64,000 nt of DNA from Promethearchaeota archaeon (GTDB lineage: Archaea > Asgardarchaeota > Lokiarchaeia > Sigyniarchaeales > SOKP01): contig JAHLWP010000012.1 in assembly GCA_019057865.1 (NCBI GenBank), positions 1-64,000 of the forward strand, read 5' to 3'. How positions within the stretch are numbered: position 1 is the stretch's first letter; every line of letters starts with the position of its first letter. Position numbers and translations under genes: made by a program. Positions 31,518 to 41,101 of the stretch are shown piece by piece. The notes beneath the pieces were generated by a model, which was not told where the DNA came from, did not search any database, and was given only the letters and a program-made list of their open reading frames with translations.

Positions 31518-32387
31518 TTAATTTCTATTATGTAGATGTTTTTTCTCTTTTTCAATCTTAATTAGTAATTTTCCAGCTGTTTTATGGCTCATTAATTGTA
31601 AATATGATAATAACCACCACCATCGTGGCACAAATACTTCTCTTTTATATTTGCGTGATGCTTTCATAACACGTTCAGCAACATCCCTAGCTTCAACATA
31701 TTGATATATGAACCCTCTTTTTTGATATTTTCTTGCCCATTCCTTCATTTTTGGTGTAGAATCCCAAAATTTAGTTTTAGCAGGAGCGGAACAGATGGTT
31801 ATTACTTGAATATTATGATTTTGCATTCGATATTCTAATCGAACTGAATCTGCTAAACCTACTACAGCATGTTTACTCATGCTATATGCTGCTAAATTGG
31901 GAATACCCGTTTTTCCTGCTGAGCTTGCTGAGAAAATCAATTGACCTTCACGTCTTTCAGGATATTTTTTTGTTGGTGCTGGTCGTCCAATATAAGGAAG
32001 TGCTTCTTGAAGAACCAACCACATTCCATCAGTATTGATAGACATTATCTTGCGATACTCTTCAAAAGAGCCTTGATTTGTAATTGAACAGGTACTTCCT
32101 ATTCCTGCATTATTAAATAAAATATCGATATATTTTTCCTTATCTCCAATCTTTTTAATTCCAGATTCTATTTGTTCTTTATTAGTAACATCAAATACCA
32201 TCTTTTCGACGTATTCAGCACCTAAATTTTTAATTTCTTCTGTTAATGCATCTAATGTAGGACCAGGAAGATCTAATAAATACATTTTCATCCCTAAGGG
32301 TGCAAAAAGCCTACATACTTCACTGCCAATATCACCACTAGCCCCTGTTATTACGAATACTTTTCCTTTATACCATTTCTTTTTCAT
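31518..32387 (-). CDS. SDR family oxidoreductase
   Basis: TGASGDIG, NNAG and YSMSK motifs. Confidence 0.9.
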   Translation of the reverse strand: MKKKWYKGKVFVITGASGDIGSEVCRLFAPLGMKMYLLDLPGPTLDALTEEIKNLGAEYVEKMVFDVTNKEQIESGIKKIGDKEKYIDILFNNAGIGSTCSITNQGSFEEYRKIMSINTDGMWLVLQEALPYIGRPAPTKKYPERREGQLIFSASSAGKTGIPNLAAYSMSKHAVVGLADSVRLEYRMQNHNIQVITICSAPAKTKFWDSTPKMKEWARKYQKRGFIYQYVEARDVAERVMKASRKYKREVFVPRWWWLLSYLQLMSHKTAGKLLIKIEKEKKHLHNRN

Positions 32388-32405
32388 ATTTAGAATTCTT
32401 CCTCG

Positions 32406-32798
32406 TTAATCTCCTTTTTTTACTATACCTGAAAAAGAAGAAAATTGTTTAAAAACACTTACATCTCCTTCAATTTTAGCAAAAATATTTACTGGAGATG
32501 CTGCTTTTGGTTTATCAGATGTACTTGCTGGGGTTCTTCCAAAAAATATACAAAAACCAGTTCCACTTGGCCAATATCCAATATCTCCAATTTCACATTC
32601 AATTTGAGAGTTTTCCTCTTCAAGTTTTACTGGAATAGGACCATATAATTCTTCACCCCATCTTGCCAAATCTAATTCTAAGGGAAGACTATCCCAGATC
32701 GCTTTACATGTTTCAGGATTCTTTTCAAGTAATAATTTAGCTTTAACTTTTCCTATTTTTTCATTTTCAATGATTAAATAATCCATGAAGTAAATCAC
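32406..32798 (-). CDS. Cyclophilin-like fold protein (DUF369/TM1367-like)
   Basis: WGEELY and GDIGYWPSGTGFCIFFGRTP motifs. Confidence 0.85.
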   Translation of the reverse strand: MIYFMDYLIIENEKIGKVKAKLLLEKNPETCKAIWDSLPLELDLARWGEELYGPIPVKLEEENSQIECEIGDIGYWPSGTGFCIFFGRTPASTSDKPKAASPVNIFAKIEGDVSVFKQFSSFSGIVKKGD

Positions 32799-32908
32799 AT
32801 TTTTCTAATTGAATTATACTAACTTTTATTGATTTTAAAGATTTAATTATCAAAGATATAAAAATTTTTATTCTTATGAAAAACAAATAAGATTCTTAGC
32901 TATCATCA

Positions 32909-33739
32909 ATGATTTTAGAAAAAACTGTAGAATTAGTAAAAAAAATCTATAAATATCATAAGATTGTCCCTCCTAAAATTACAAAAGTGATTATCGGATT
33001 AGGTTATACAGGAGTAGAAACAACATCTTATTCTTATGAACCATTCTTAGGTTTAGCTTATACTTTACCAAGAGTAATTAAAAAAACTGATTGTAATAAA
33101 ATTAATTTTGCGGGATCTCTTACCGATAGATCTTTACTAGAAGTATTACAATGGTCATATGAGCCACCAAGCTTAAAAAAAATTATTGGAATAGCTACAT
33201 TGAACGCAGTGTCTCAACATATATTTCAAATTGCTAAGGATAATGATTGGGGTAATCCATATATTAGAATCAAAGAAAATCTTATAGACTATCTAAAAAT
33301 CGAAAAAAATACAAAAGTAACGTTTATTGGATTTGTAAAGCCGATGATCCAGAAGATAAGGAGAATTACACCAAATATCCTAATTATTGAAGACAATCCT
33401 TCTATCTCTACAAGTTTTAATAATTGCATTATCAAGAATGATATTAAGCAGTTAGATAAAAAGGAATTATCCACGGATATTCTATTTTGTACTGGTACAG
33501 CGTTAATAAATGATACATTTGAGGAGATCTTAGAATTATTTAAAAGAAATGTTCGTTGTATCTCAATTATTGGTCCTAGCGCTAGTATGATTCCTGATAT
33601 CTTATTTGATTATGGTATTGATATTGTAGGAGGAATGAAAATTATAGATTCAGAGGCTACTATGATGGTTATCCAAGAAGGAGGAGGAACAAAATTATTT
33701 AAGAAATTTGGAATTAAATATAACTTAATTCCAGAATAA
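32909..33739 (+). CDS. DUF364 family (Rossmann-like) protein
   Basis: IGIATLNA, TGTALINDT and IGPSASM motifs. Confidence 0.8.
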   Translation: MILEKTVELVKKIYKYHKIVPPKITKVIIGLGYTGVETTSYSYEPFLGLAYTLPRVIKKTDCNKINFAGSLTDRSLLEVLQWSYEPPSLKKIIGIATLNAVSQHIFQIAKDNDWGNPYIRIKENLIDYLKIEKNTKVTFIGFVKPMIQKIRRITPNILIIEDNPSISTSFNNCIIKNDIKQLDKKELSTDILFCTGTALINDTFEEILELFKRNVRCISIIGPSASMIPDILFDYGIDIVGGMKIIDSEATMMVIQEGGGTKLFKKFGIKYNLIPE

Positions 33740-33877
33740 TGGTTTTCTTTAAATTAAAAGAAAATTTTGCGATAGGTAAATTTTAATAATTAGATAACTG
33801 AAAACTAATTAATTTAAGAAAATTGAAATATATCAGAAAAAATAAAAAACATAGCTCATTTTATCAATTTGGTTAAA

Positions 33878-34402
33878 ATGTCTGACTTAATATACGTTTT
33901 CAAGCTCATAGTTATTGGTCCTGGTGCTGTAGGAAAAACAAGTATTATAAATAGATTTGTAAAGGATGAATTTGTTTTAAAATATAAATTAACTATTGGA
34001 ACAGATTTTATATCAAAAACCATTGAATACAAACCGAATAAAAAAGCAAAACTGCAAATTTGGGATATTGGGGGTCAAGAAAGATTTAAATTCTTGCGTA
34101 GAAGTTTTTATGATGGTGCTAACGGAGCATTTTTGGTTTTTGATCTTTCAAGAGGACATACATATAAAGAAACAAAGACATGGCTTTCTGAAATGAATCA
34201 AATTATGGAAAAGAAAATACCTTTCATATTAGTAGGAAATAAATCTGATTTAATTGAGGAAATTGGTGAATTAATCGATCGAAATGAAGTAGAAATGTTT
34301 GTTAAAGAAGAAAAAAGTATTTACATAGAAACTTCAGCAAAGACAGGAGATAATGTTGAACAGGCTTTCATTGAATTAACTCAAAGAATGATTAAAAAAT
34401 AA
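33878..34402 (+). CDS. Rab/Ras-superfamily small GTPase (eukaryotic signature protein)
   Basis: G1 GPGAVGKT, G2 TIG, G3 WDIGGQERF, G4 NKSD and G5 TSAK; no C-terminal Cys prenylation motif. Confidence 0.93.
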   Translation: MSDLIYVFKLIVIGPGAVGKTSIINRFVKDEFVLKYKLTIGTDFISKTIEYKPNKKAKLQIWDIGGQERFKFLRRSFYDGANGAFLVFDLSRGHTYKETKTWLSEMNQIMEKKIPFILVGNKSDLIEEIGELIDRNEVEMFVKEEKSIYIETSAKTGDNVEQAFIELTQRMIKK

Positions 34403-34468
34403 TACTTATCTATCTGTGATAAAGGTAATTAAAAAGATTTAAAAACGAAATTTACTGAATTTTTTAGG

Positions 34469-35845
34469 GTGAAAAAAATGGAACTTATAGAGATCTTAAA
34501 CCAAATCCCTGAATATAAAGAATTCATGACAATTGCTGAATTAGACGATTCTAGTAAAAAGTTAGCGAAATTATTTGACTATGTAGACTTGAAAGAAATT
34601 GGTAAATCAAGAGAAGGAAGAACAATAAATTGCCTAAAAATTGGAGAGGGAAAAGAAAATGTGCTTCTCTTTGCATTCCCACATCCCAATGAACCTATTG
34701 GAAGCATGAGCTTGGAGTTCTTATCATGGTTTTTAGCAGAAAATCCTGAATTTACGAAAGAAACCGGTTATACATGGTATTTAATTAAAGCAATTGATAT
34801 AGATGGAGCTTTACTGAATGAAGGATGGTTTAAAGGGGAATTTGATCCTTTTAAATATGCTAAGAATTATTACAGACCCGCAAGTAATGAACAAATTGAG
34901 TGGACTTTTCCCGTCAAGTACAAAAAGCTTGAATTTGAAACTCCACCACCCGAAACTCAAGCTTTAATTTTTTTAATGAAGAAATTAAGACCTAAGTTTG
35001 TATATAGTCTTCATAATTCGGGTTTTGGTGGTGTTTATTTTTATGTTACTCGTGGAGTTGGAAACCTATTTACTGATCTCATTGAATTTGTTAAAAAAGA
35101 AAAATTACCATTACATCTTGGAGAACCTGAAGCACCATATATTAAATCTCTATATGATGCAGTTTTCGAAATCTTTGGTATTCAAGAGATGTATGATTTT
35201 GCTGAAGCTAATGGTGTAGAGAATCCTCAAGAGATTTTACGGTGTGGGACATCCTCATTTGATTATCTTAAAAGAATCACGGGTCATAAAAGCATGACAT
35301 TAGTTTGTGAAATGCCATATTTTTACGATGAAGCTATCGATGATTTATCCCACACAGAATTTGAAAGAAGAGACCTTGTTATAAAATCAATAGATTACAT
35401 GAAAGATGTATATAATCATTCTAAGAAAGTCTTTCGATCAATTAAGAAATATTGTAAAAAGACTACAAGACTTTATAGTGCAGTGGATTATCTAATTAAG
35501 ACTGGTGGAATGATGCTTGAAGTATATATGCAAGATGCCAAAACATCGCCCATGTATGATGGAAAAGCAACAGTATCACAAGCATTTGATTCAAATATCT
35601 CAAGTAGATATTACAGCTTGCTTTCTATATCAATGCTAGCAAGATTATGTCAAGAAGCCTCTTTGAATCATCCCGAAAAGAAAGCAGAGCTTTTGAAAAT
35701 CAAAACTGACTTAGAAAAATGGATTGAAAAAAGAATATACGAGTTATTAAGCCATACAAAATTTGAAGTTATTCCAATCCAAAAACTAGTCCGAGTTCAA
35801 ATTGGAAGTGCTTTTATCACTCTAAAAAACTTATTAAAAAAATAA
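34469..35845 (+). CDS. M14 family zinc carboxypeptidase
   Basis: HPNEP (HxxE) and SLHN motifs. Confidence 0.85.
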   Translation: MKKMELIEILNQIPEYKEFMTIAELDDSSKKLAKLFDYVDLKEIGKSREGRTINCLKIGEGKENVLLFAFPHPNEPIGSMSLEFLSWFLAENPEFTKETGYTWYLIKAIDIDGALLNEGWFKGEFDPFKYAKNYYRPASNEQIEWTFPVKYKKLEFETPPPETQALIFLMKKLRPKFVYSLHNSGFGGVYFYVTRGVGNLFTDLIEFVKKEKLPLHLGEPEAPYIKSLYDAVFEIFGIQEMYDFAEANGVENPQEILRCGTSSFDYLKRITGHKSMTLVCEMPYFYDEAIDDLSHTEFERRDLVIKSIDYMKDVYNHSKKVFRSIKKYCKKTTRLYSAVDYLIKTGGMMLEVYMQDAKTSPMYDGKATVSQAFDSNISSRYYSLLSISMLARLCQEASLNHPEKKAELLKIKTDLEKWIEKRIYELLSHTKFEVIPIQKLVRVQIGSAFITLKNLLKK

Positions 35846-35910
35846 GAGCAAAAATATTTTGTTGAGGATGCTTTCATTGAGTTGGTTAACCAAATGATAA
35901 AGGATTAAGG

Positions 35911-38900
35911 TTAAGTCAATTTAATTACAGCAAATGAAAATAAATTTGTGTAGAATTTAGCTAGATTTCTTTTAATCATTTCTTGTTTGAGATCTTCAAA
36001 TTCAAAGGATAAATCATCTATTTTTTTTTCTACGTTTTGGATATCTTTTTCAATAAACATTATTTCTTCTTCCAATTTTTGAATTTTATCCAACCTTTCT
36101 TGCTTTTTAGTTTCATCAGACATTTTATTAATATTTTGGAGCTGTCTTTCTGTGGGCCTACTATTTCTTTTTCTCTCTAATCTTTGTTTTAAAGAATCTA
36201 GTTTGAAAAATAAGACATTTCTTTTATGTGCATATATTTTTTCCTTTTTACTTCTTTCTAAATCAAATATTTTGTCATTTAAAATCTTAATTTCATTTTT
36301 CCATAGAGAAGTTTTTGATTTTACAATTTTTTTAGCTGTTTTAGAAAGAGTGTAAATATCTTTATAATTTAAATCGATTTCGTGATTCAAATCGTTGAAA
36401 TTAAAGATTTTTTCAAAATTTTCAATATTTAAAATAAAATCTGTTAACTTCTCAAGCCCATTCCCATTCTGATCAACTAATACTGCAGAAATTTGATTTT
36501 CAATTATATATCCTTGAAATTTAATTGTAAAAATAAAAAGATATAACTCTTCTTTTTTAATTGATTTCAAATCATAATATTTTTCTAATATTTTCTTTTT
36601 TAGACCTAAAATGCTAAAATTACCATGAAATTCGTCGTTTATACAATAATCCAAAATTCCATTTATTAATGGATGTCCCAATGCAAAAAAATCAATTTCT
36701 TCCTTTTTCCTTGCTAGTTCTAAGCTAAAAGTGCCTAAATATTCTCTTAAAAACTTGTAATTAAGATTCTTTAATAACATATCTTTTAATTTAATTTTTG
36801 ATTGAAGTTCAAAATCATCTTTGACTTTTTCAAAATCCTCTTCGCTAACTTTTAAGTATCCATATTTATTATTATCAAGATTAAAGAAATATTTCATCAG
36901 TAGAAATAATTCATTATGACTAAGTTTAACATCGATACATGATGCTAAAGATGTAATCAGTCCCTCCATCTGAAAAGATTTTTTATCAATCATTAAATCA
37001 TCTAATTGCATTTCAATTTCCTTTGCTTTCTGAATCTCTTCATCAAGAGTTCTATAAAATTCATTTAATTTATTTCTCTTTTTCTTCTCATCCTCAATGA
37101 AAATTAATTTTTTAAAATCTTTTTCAATTTTACCTATTATTGGTTCTAAAATTCCTATTGATTCTTCAAACAAGCTAATTCTTTTCAATAAAGCGGAAAT
37201 TACATCTGTTTCGATAGTACCTTCCATAAATAAATTGTAAATATATATTTCACGAGATTCTTGCCCTATTCGATCAAGTCTCCCTATTCTCTGTTCTAGT
37301 TTCATAGGATTCCACGGTAAATCATAATTTATGAGAATTCTACAAAACTGGAAATTGCGACCTTCTCCTCCTATTTCTGTCGAAATAAGTATTGAGAGTT
37401 TTTTACTGATACGAAAGCGCTCAACTGCTGCATCTTTTTGATTTTTATCCAACCCTCCATAGAAAATTTCAACTAAATATCTTTCATTTTGTTTCTCTAT
37501 TAAATCTTTTAGATAGAAGAGAGTATCCACGAATTGAGTAAATATTAAAATTTTTTCTTTTGGATTTTGTGAATAAATCTCACTGATAATCTCAATTAAT
37601 TTATCTGCTTTTGAATCATATGGCAGATTCTTTAGCTTTTCATAAAAATCTTTTAAACTTTTTTCTTGATTAATAATATTAAATGATTCATCTGATTGTT
37701 CTTGTGTTAGTGATTCTTTAAGTCCAATAATTTCAGAATCAATGGTTTGATCTTCTAGTTCTAATTCATAATATTCAGGATCTTCTTCTTTTATCACGTC
37801 TAATTTCAGAAAAATATCCTTAAATCGATTAATTTGTTCTAATCTGCGCTCAAGACTTTTTAAAAAGGCATATTTTGAACTGGTTAATAATTTCTGTAAG
37901 GTTGTAATTACAAATCCTATTCCAGCATTTTCTTTACTTATGGAGGCGTTATAAATTTGAGCGAGATATAATCGGATTTCATTATAAAGGTCTAGTTCTT
38001 GTTTAGTTGGGTCTACCATTATTGTATTTACTAGCCTTTTACTCAAAAATTCTTTAGAAAATACATTTTTCTTACGATTTCTAATTAAAAACTTCGATAA
38101 TGTGTGATCTTTTTCAATTTTATTTATTAAGTTTAATTTGAAAGAATCATCTTTAATCTGTAGTAAAACTTGCTCATAATTTTTTCTCTTATCAATGTAT
38201 CGAAGATTTTTAAGAAGTTTTATAGTATTTTTAACTTCAAAATTATTTAGTTTTTCAATCTGGTTAAGATTTGAGACTAATAAATTGATAAATGGCATAT
38301 TTTTCCTAAAATGTTCAAAATCACTAAAATTTTCAAAAACTTCTGGGTGTATTAGCTCAATTAAAGAGTATAATTCGAAAGAATGAAGTTGTAACGGAGT
38401 TGCTGTTAATAAAAGTAAACTTTCTGCATTTTGGATTAGGTTACGAGCTAATACATAATTGAGTGTTTCTCTATAATAACCCGTCATAGCATTAAGTAAA
38501 TAACGTCTTAAATGGTGAGCCTCGTCAAAAATAATGATATCCCATGAAATTTGAGATAGTAATTCTATATATTTTCGATTTCTGGCAAATTGTATTGAAC
38601 ATATAATTAAATTATCATAATAAAAAGGATTACTTAAAAGATTAGCACTTTTATAGCTCCCTTTTTTCTTTAGTTCTTTTATCTTTTTTCCATCATAGAT
38701 TGTAAAACTGATATTAAACTTATTTTGCATTTCAAATTGCCACTGGTTTAGCAATGACGCTGGAACTATAATTAAAATCCTTTCTGCTAAATTTCTTGCC
38801 ATCATTTCCTTAATATAGATTCCCGCTTCAATCGTTTTCCCAAGACCTACTTCATCAGCTAAAATAACCCTTGGAAAGTGTTCCTCCGATAAACGATGAG

Positions 38901-39489
38901 CAACATTGATTTGGTGGGGCATTAGTGAAAGTCTTGAATTTGTTATGCATTTTATTTGATATGAAGTATAGTAAGAATGAAATAAGTTAGCCCAATATTT
39001 AATTAAGAAGTTCTGCGGGGGATCAATTCTTTTACTTTTAATTAATCCTTCTAATGGTTTTTCATATTTTGAATAAATTTCAGGCTCAAATATTTGAGTT
39101 ATTTTCCCATTTTGCATTAGAAATTCATAAGAAACTAAACCATCTTTAATTAAGAATTCTTCAGAATTGATAATCCCAGTTCCTTGTTTTGTTATAACTC
39201 TTTCATTTAGTTCAAAGATATAATGCACTAGATCAATTGGATGGATAATTTTAATAATATTATCTTTAAATACTACTTTAAATTTCGTGATAAAAAATGT
39301 ATCCTCATCATCAAGAGATTTTGATGCAGGGATTTCTATCCTTTTTACAACTCGGCCTATTCCAAATTCAGGATTTAACCTATATACAATTAAATTCCCC
39401 TTATTAAATTTCTGTCCTTGACAATATAAATTAAAGCATTTAGAAAATCTTGATTCTAATTCATTACCACAGAAATGACAATTATACAT
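35911..39489 (-). CDS. SNF2/RapA-like helicase with N-terminal Zn ribbon and C-terminal coiled coil
   Basis: LADEVGLGKT, DEAHH, TATP, GEGRNFQ and QRIGRLDRIGQ motifs; N-terminal CxxC...CxxxxC. Confidence 0.92.
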   Translation of the reverse strand: MYNCHFCGNELESRFSKCFNLYCQGQKFNKGNLIVYRLNPEFGIGRVVKRIEIPASKSLDDEDTFFITKFKVVFKDNIIKIIHPIDLVHYIFELNERVITKQGTGIINSEEFLIKDGLVSYEFLMQNGKITQIFEPEIYSKYEKPLEGLIKSKRIDPPQNFLIKYWANLFHSYYTSYQIKCITNSRLSLMPHQINVAHRLSEEHFPRVILADEVGLGKTIEAGIYIKEMMARNLAERILIIVPASLLNQWQFEMQNKFNISFTIYDGKKIKELKKKGSYKSANLLSNPFYYDNLIICSIQFARNRKYIELLSQISWDIIIFDEAHHLRRYLLNAMTGYYRETLNYVLARNLIQNAESLLLLTATPLQLHSFELYSLIELIHPEVFENFSDFEHFRKNMPFINLLVSNLNQIEKLNNFEVKNTIKLLKNLRYIDKRKNYEQVLLQIKDDSFKLNLINKIEKDHTLSKFLIRNRKKNVFSKEFLSKRLVNTIMVDPTKQELDLYNEIRLYLAQIYNASISKENAGIGFVITTLQKLLTSSKYAFLKSLERRLEQINRFKDIFLKLDVIKEEDPEYYELELEDQTIDSEIIGLKESLTQEQSDESFNIINQEKSLKDFYEKLKNLPYDSKADKLIEIISEIYSQNPKEKILIFTQFVDTLFYLKDLIEKQNERYLVEIFYGGLDKNQKDAAVERFRISKKLSILISTEIGGEGRNFQFCRILINYDLPWNPMKLEQRIGRLDRIGQESREIYIYNLFMEGTIETDVISALLKRISLFEESIGILEPIIGKIEKDFKKLIFIEDEKKKRNKLNEFYRTLDEEIQKAKEIEMQLDDLMIDKKSFQMEGLITSLASCIDVKLSHNELFLLMKYFFNLDNNKYGYLKVSEEDFEKVKDDFELQSKIKLKDMLLKNLNYKFLREYLGTFSLELARKKEEIDFFALGHPLINGILDYCINDEFHGNFSILGLKKKILEKYYDLKSIKKEELYLFIFTIKFQGYIIENQISAVLVDQNGNGLEKLTDFILNIENFEKIFNFNDLNHEIDLNYKDIYTLSKTAKKIVKSKTSLWKNEIKILNDKIFDLERSKKEKIYAHKRNVLFFKLDSLKQRLERKRNSRPTERQLQNINKMSDETKKQERLDKIQKLEEEIMFIEKDIQNVEKKIDDLSFEFEDLKQEMIKRNLAKFYTNLFSFAVIKLT

Positions 39490-39582
39490 AGAAGGATTAT
39501 TTCTAAAACAATTATCTTTATATTTTTTTTAATATAAATTAAAGTAAAAATTTTGGTATTTTAAACTAAAAATGAGATAAGC

Positions 39583-40446
39583 ATGTCAGAAGTGGGAATA
39601 AAACCTACATATGTAGGAAAAAATGAAAATTTAGTCTTTGAAATTCCTCAAGAATTATTTAATATGAGCTTAGGTTCAGCAGATGTATTTGATCGTGAAA
39701 ACGCAAAATTACTTAGTAAATATATAAGAGGTACCTTTAAAGGATTTCAAAATGCAAGAAAAACAAAGTATGGGAATGAGAATAAAACTAAAACAAAAGT
39801 TTCACCTGATTTTTGGGCAAAATTTGAAAAGAAGGCAGAAGAACTTGATATAGATTTTATAGGGTATACTCCTGTTAATGAAAATTATATTTTTAAAGGT
39901 CTAAAAGTGTATGGAAAAAATGCTTTAATTCTCGGAATGGAAATGAATTGGGATAAAATTAAAACAGCTCCTAGTGGAATATGTCAAATTGAACTTTTCC
40001 GGGTATATAAAGTATTAGGAGATATTACAATTGAATTAACAGAATACTTAAAAGAACAGGGATATAAAAGTGAGGCACACCATCCTTTTGGAGGAAAACT
40101 TTTAGACGGACCTCATGTTGTAGCAGCAAACTTAGGAGTAATGGGGCAAAATGGATTAATAATAACTCCAGAATTTGGGCCAAGACAAAGATGGAGTATG
40201 ATTTCAACTGATGCTGAGATAACTAAAACTCAAGAAAGAGATTTCGATGAATTGAAAGAATTTTGCAAAGGATGCGGAGCTTGTGTAAAAAATTGTAAAG
40301 GTGAAGCAATATATGAAGAACCAATACAAAAAGATTCCGGTGTAATTACCCATATTGATCGCTCAAAATGTATCGAGAGTTTATTAAATAATAATTATTG
40401 TAGTTATTGCCTTAAAATATGTCCTGTAGGACTTAATAAAAAATAA
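39583..40446 (+). CDS. QueG/reductive dehalogenase-like 4Fe-4S protein
   Basis: LGVMGQNGLIITPEFGPRQR, CKGCGACVKNC and CSYCLKICP motifs. Confidence 0.8.
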   Translation: MSEVGIKPTYVGKNENLVFEIPQELFNMSLGSADVFDRENAKLLSKYIRGTFKGFQNARKTKYGNENKTKTKVSPDFWAKFEKKAEELDIDFIGYTPVNENYIFKGLKVYGKNALILGMEMNWDKIKTAPSGICQIELFRVYKVLGDITIELTEYLKEQGYKSEAHHPFGGKLLDGPHVVAANLGVMGQNGLIITPEFGPRQRWSMISTDAEITKTQERDFDELKEFCKGCGACVKNCKGEAIYEEPIQKDSGVITHIDRSKCIESLLNNNYCSYCLKICPVGLNKK

Positions 40447-40500
40447 TTTTTTATTTTATAATATAGCATACCCTAAAGTCGTTCCTATAGAATAAAATTA

Positions 40501-40944
40501 CTATTTTTTTAGTTCATAAATAGTATCGCAATATGGATCTCCTGCAGCAAGAGTTTTAACAATTTTTAATTTAATTTTATCACTCACAGCTGTACGAAAA
40601 TATTCATGGTCTATTGCCATTGTTGCTTCACATAATTCTCTTGATGTGTTTTCCAAACAGAAAGGACACTTAGTTCCTTGAATTTGGAATTTTTCATCGG
40701 AAATAGAAATGATTTTAACAAATTTTGGATCAAAACTCTTTGAAAATGCCTCGCCAACAGTGGTTAATCTATTATTGGGTAATTTCTCGATAATTTTTAA
40801 CCCTAAAGCTCGCCCTTGTTTTCTACAAACATCTTTAATAATAGATAATGATGTTCTCCCGAATCTATTATAGATGGATTTAATTAATAAACCTTGAACT
40901 TCTATAGAATTTTTTGGTAATTCATCATCATTAACTTTAATCAT
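40501..40944 (-). CDS. V4R/ATC-hydrolase-like small ligand-binding protein
   Basis: CPF...LC...TLAAGDPYC pattern. Confidence 0.7.
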   Translation of the reverse strand: MIKVNDDELPKNSIEVQGLLIKSIYNRFGRTSLSIIKDVCRKQGRALGLKIIEKLPNNRLTTVGEAFSKSFDPKFVKIISISDEKFQIQGTKCPFCLENTSRELCEATMAIDHEYFRTAVSDKIKLKIVKTLAAGDPYCDTIYELKK

Positions 40945-41101
40945 GGTTTAATTTATTGAGTGTTTAATTAATTAATTTATATTCAAATACAATACTCCTT
41001 TATCAAAAAATATATTCATTAGTATTATCCAGTGTAATAAATAACCTAATAAATACTAGCATATTTATCAAAATATAAAAACATAATTTATAGTGAAAAA
41101 C

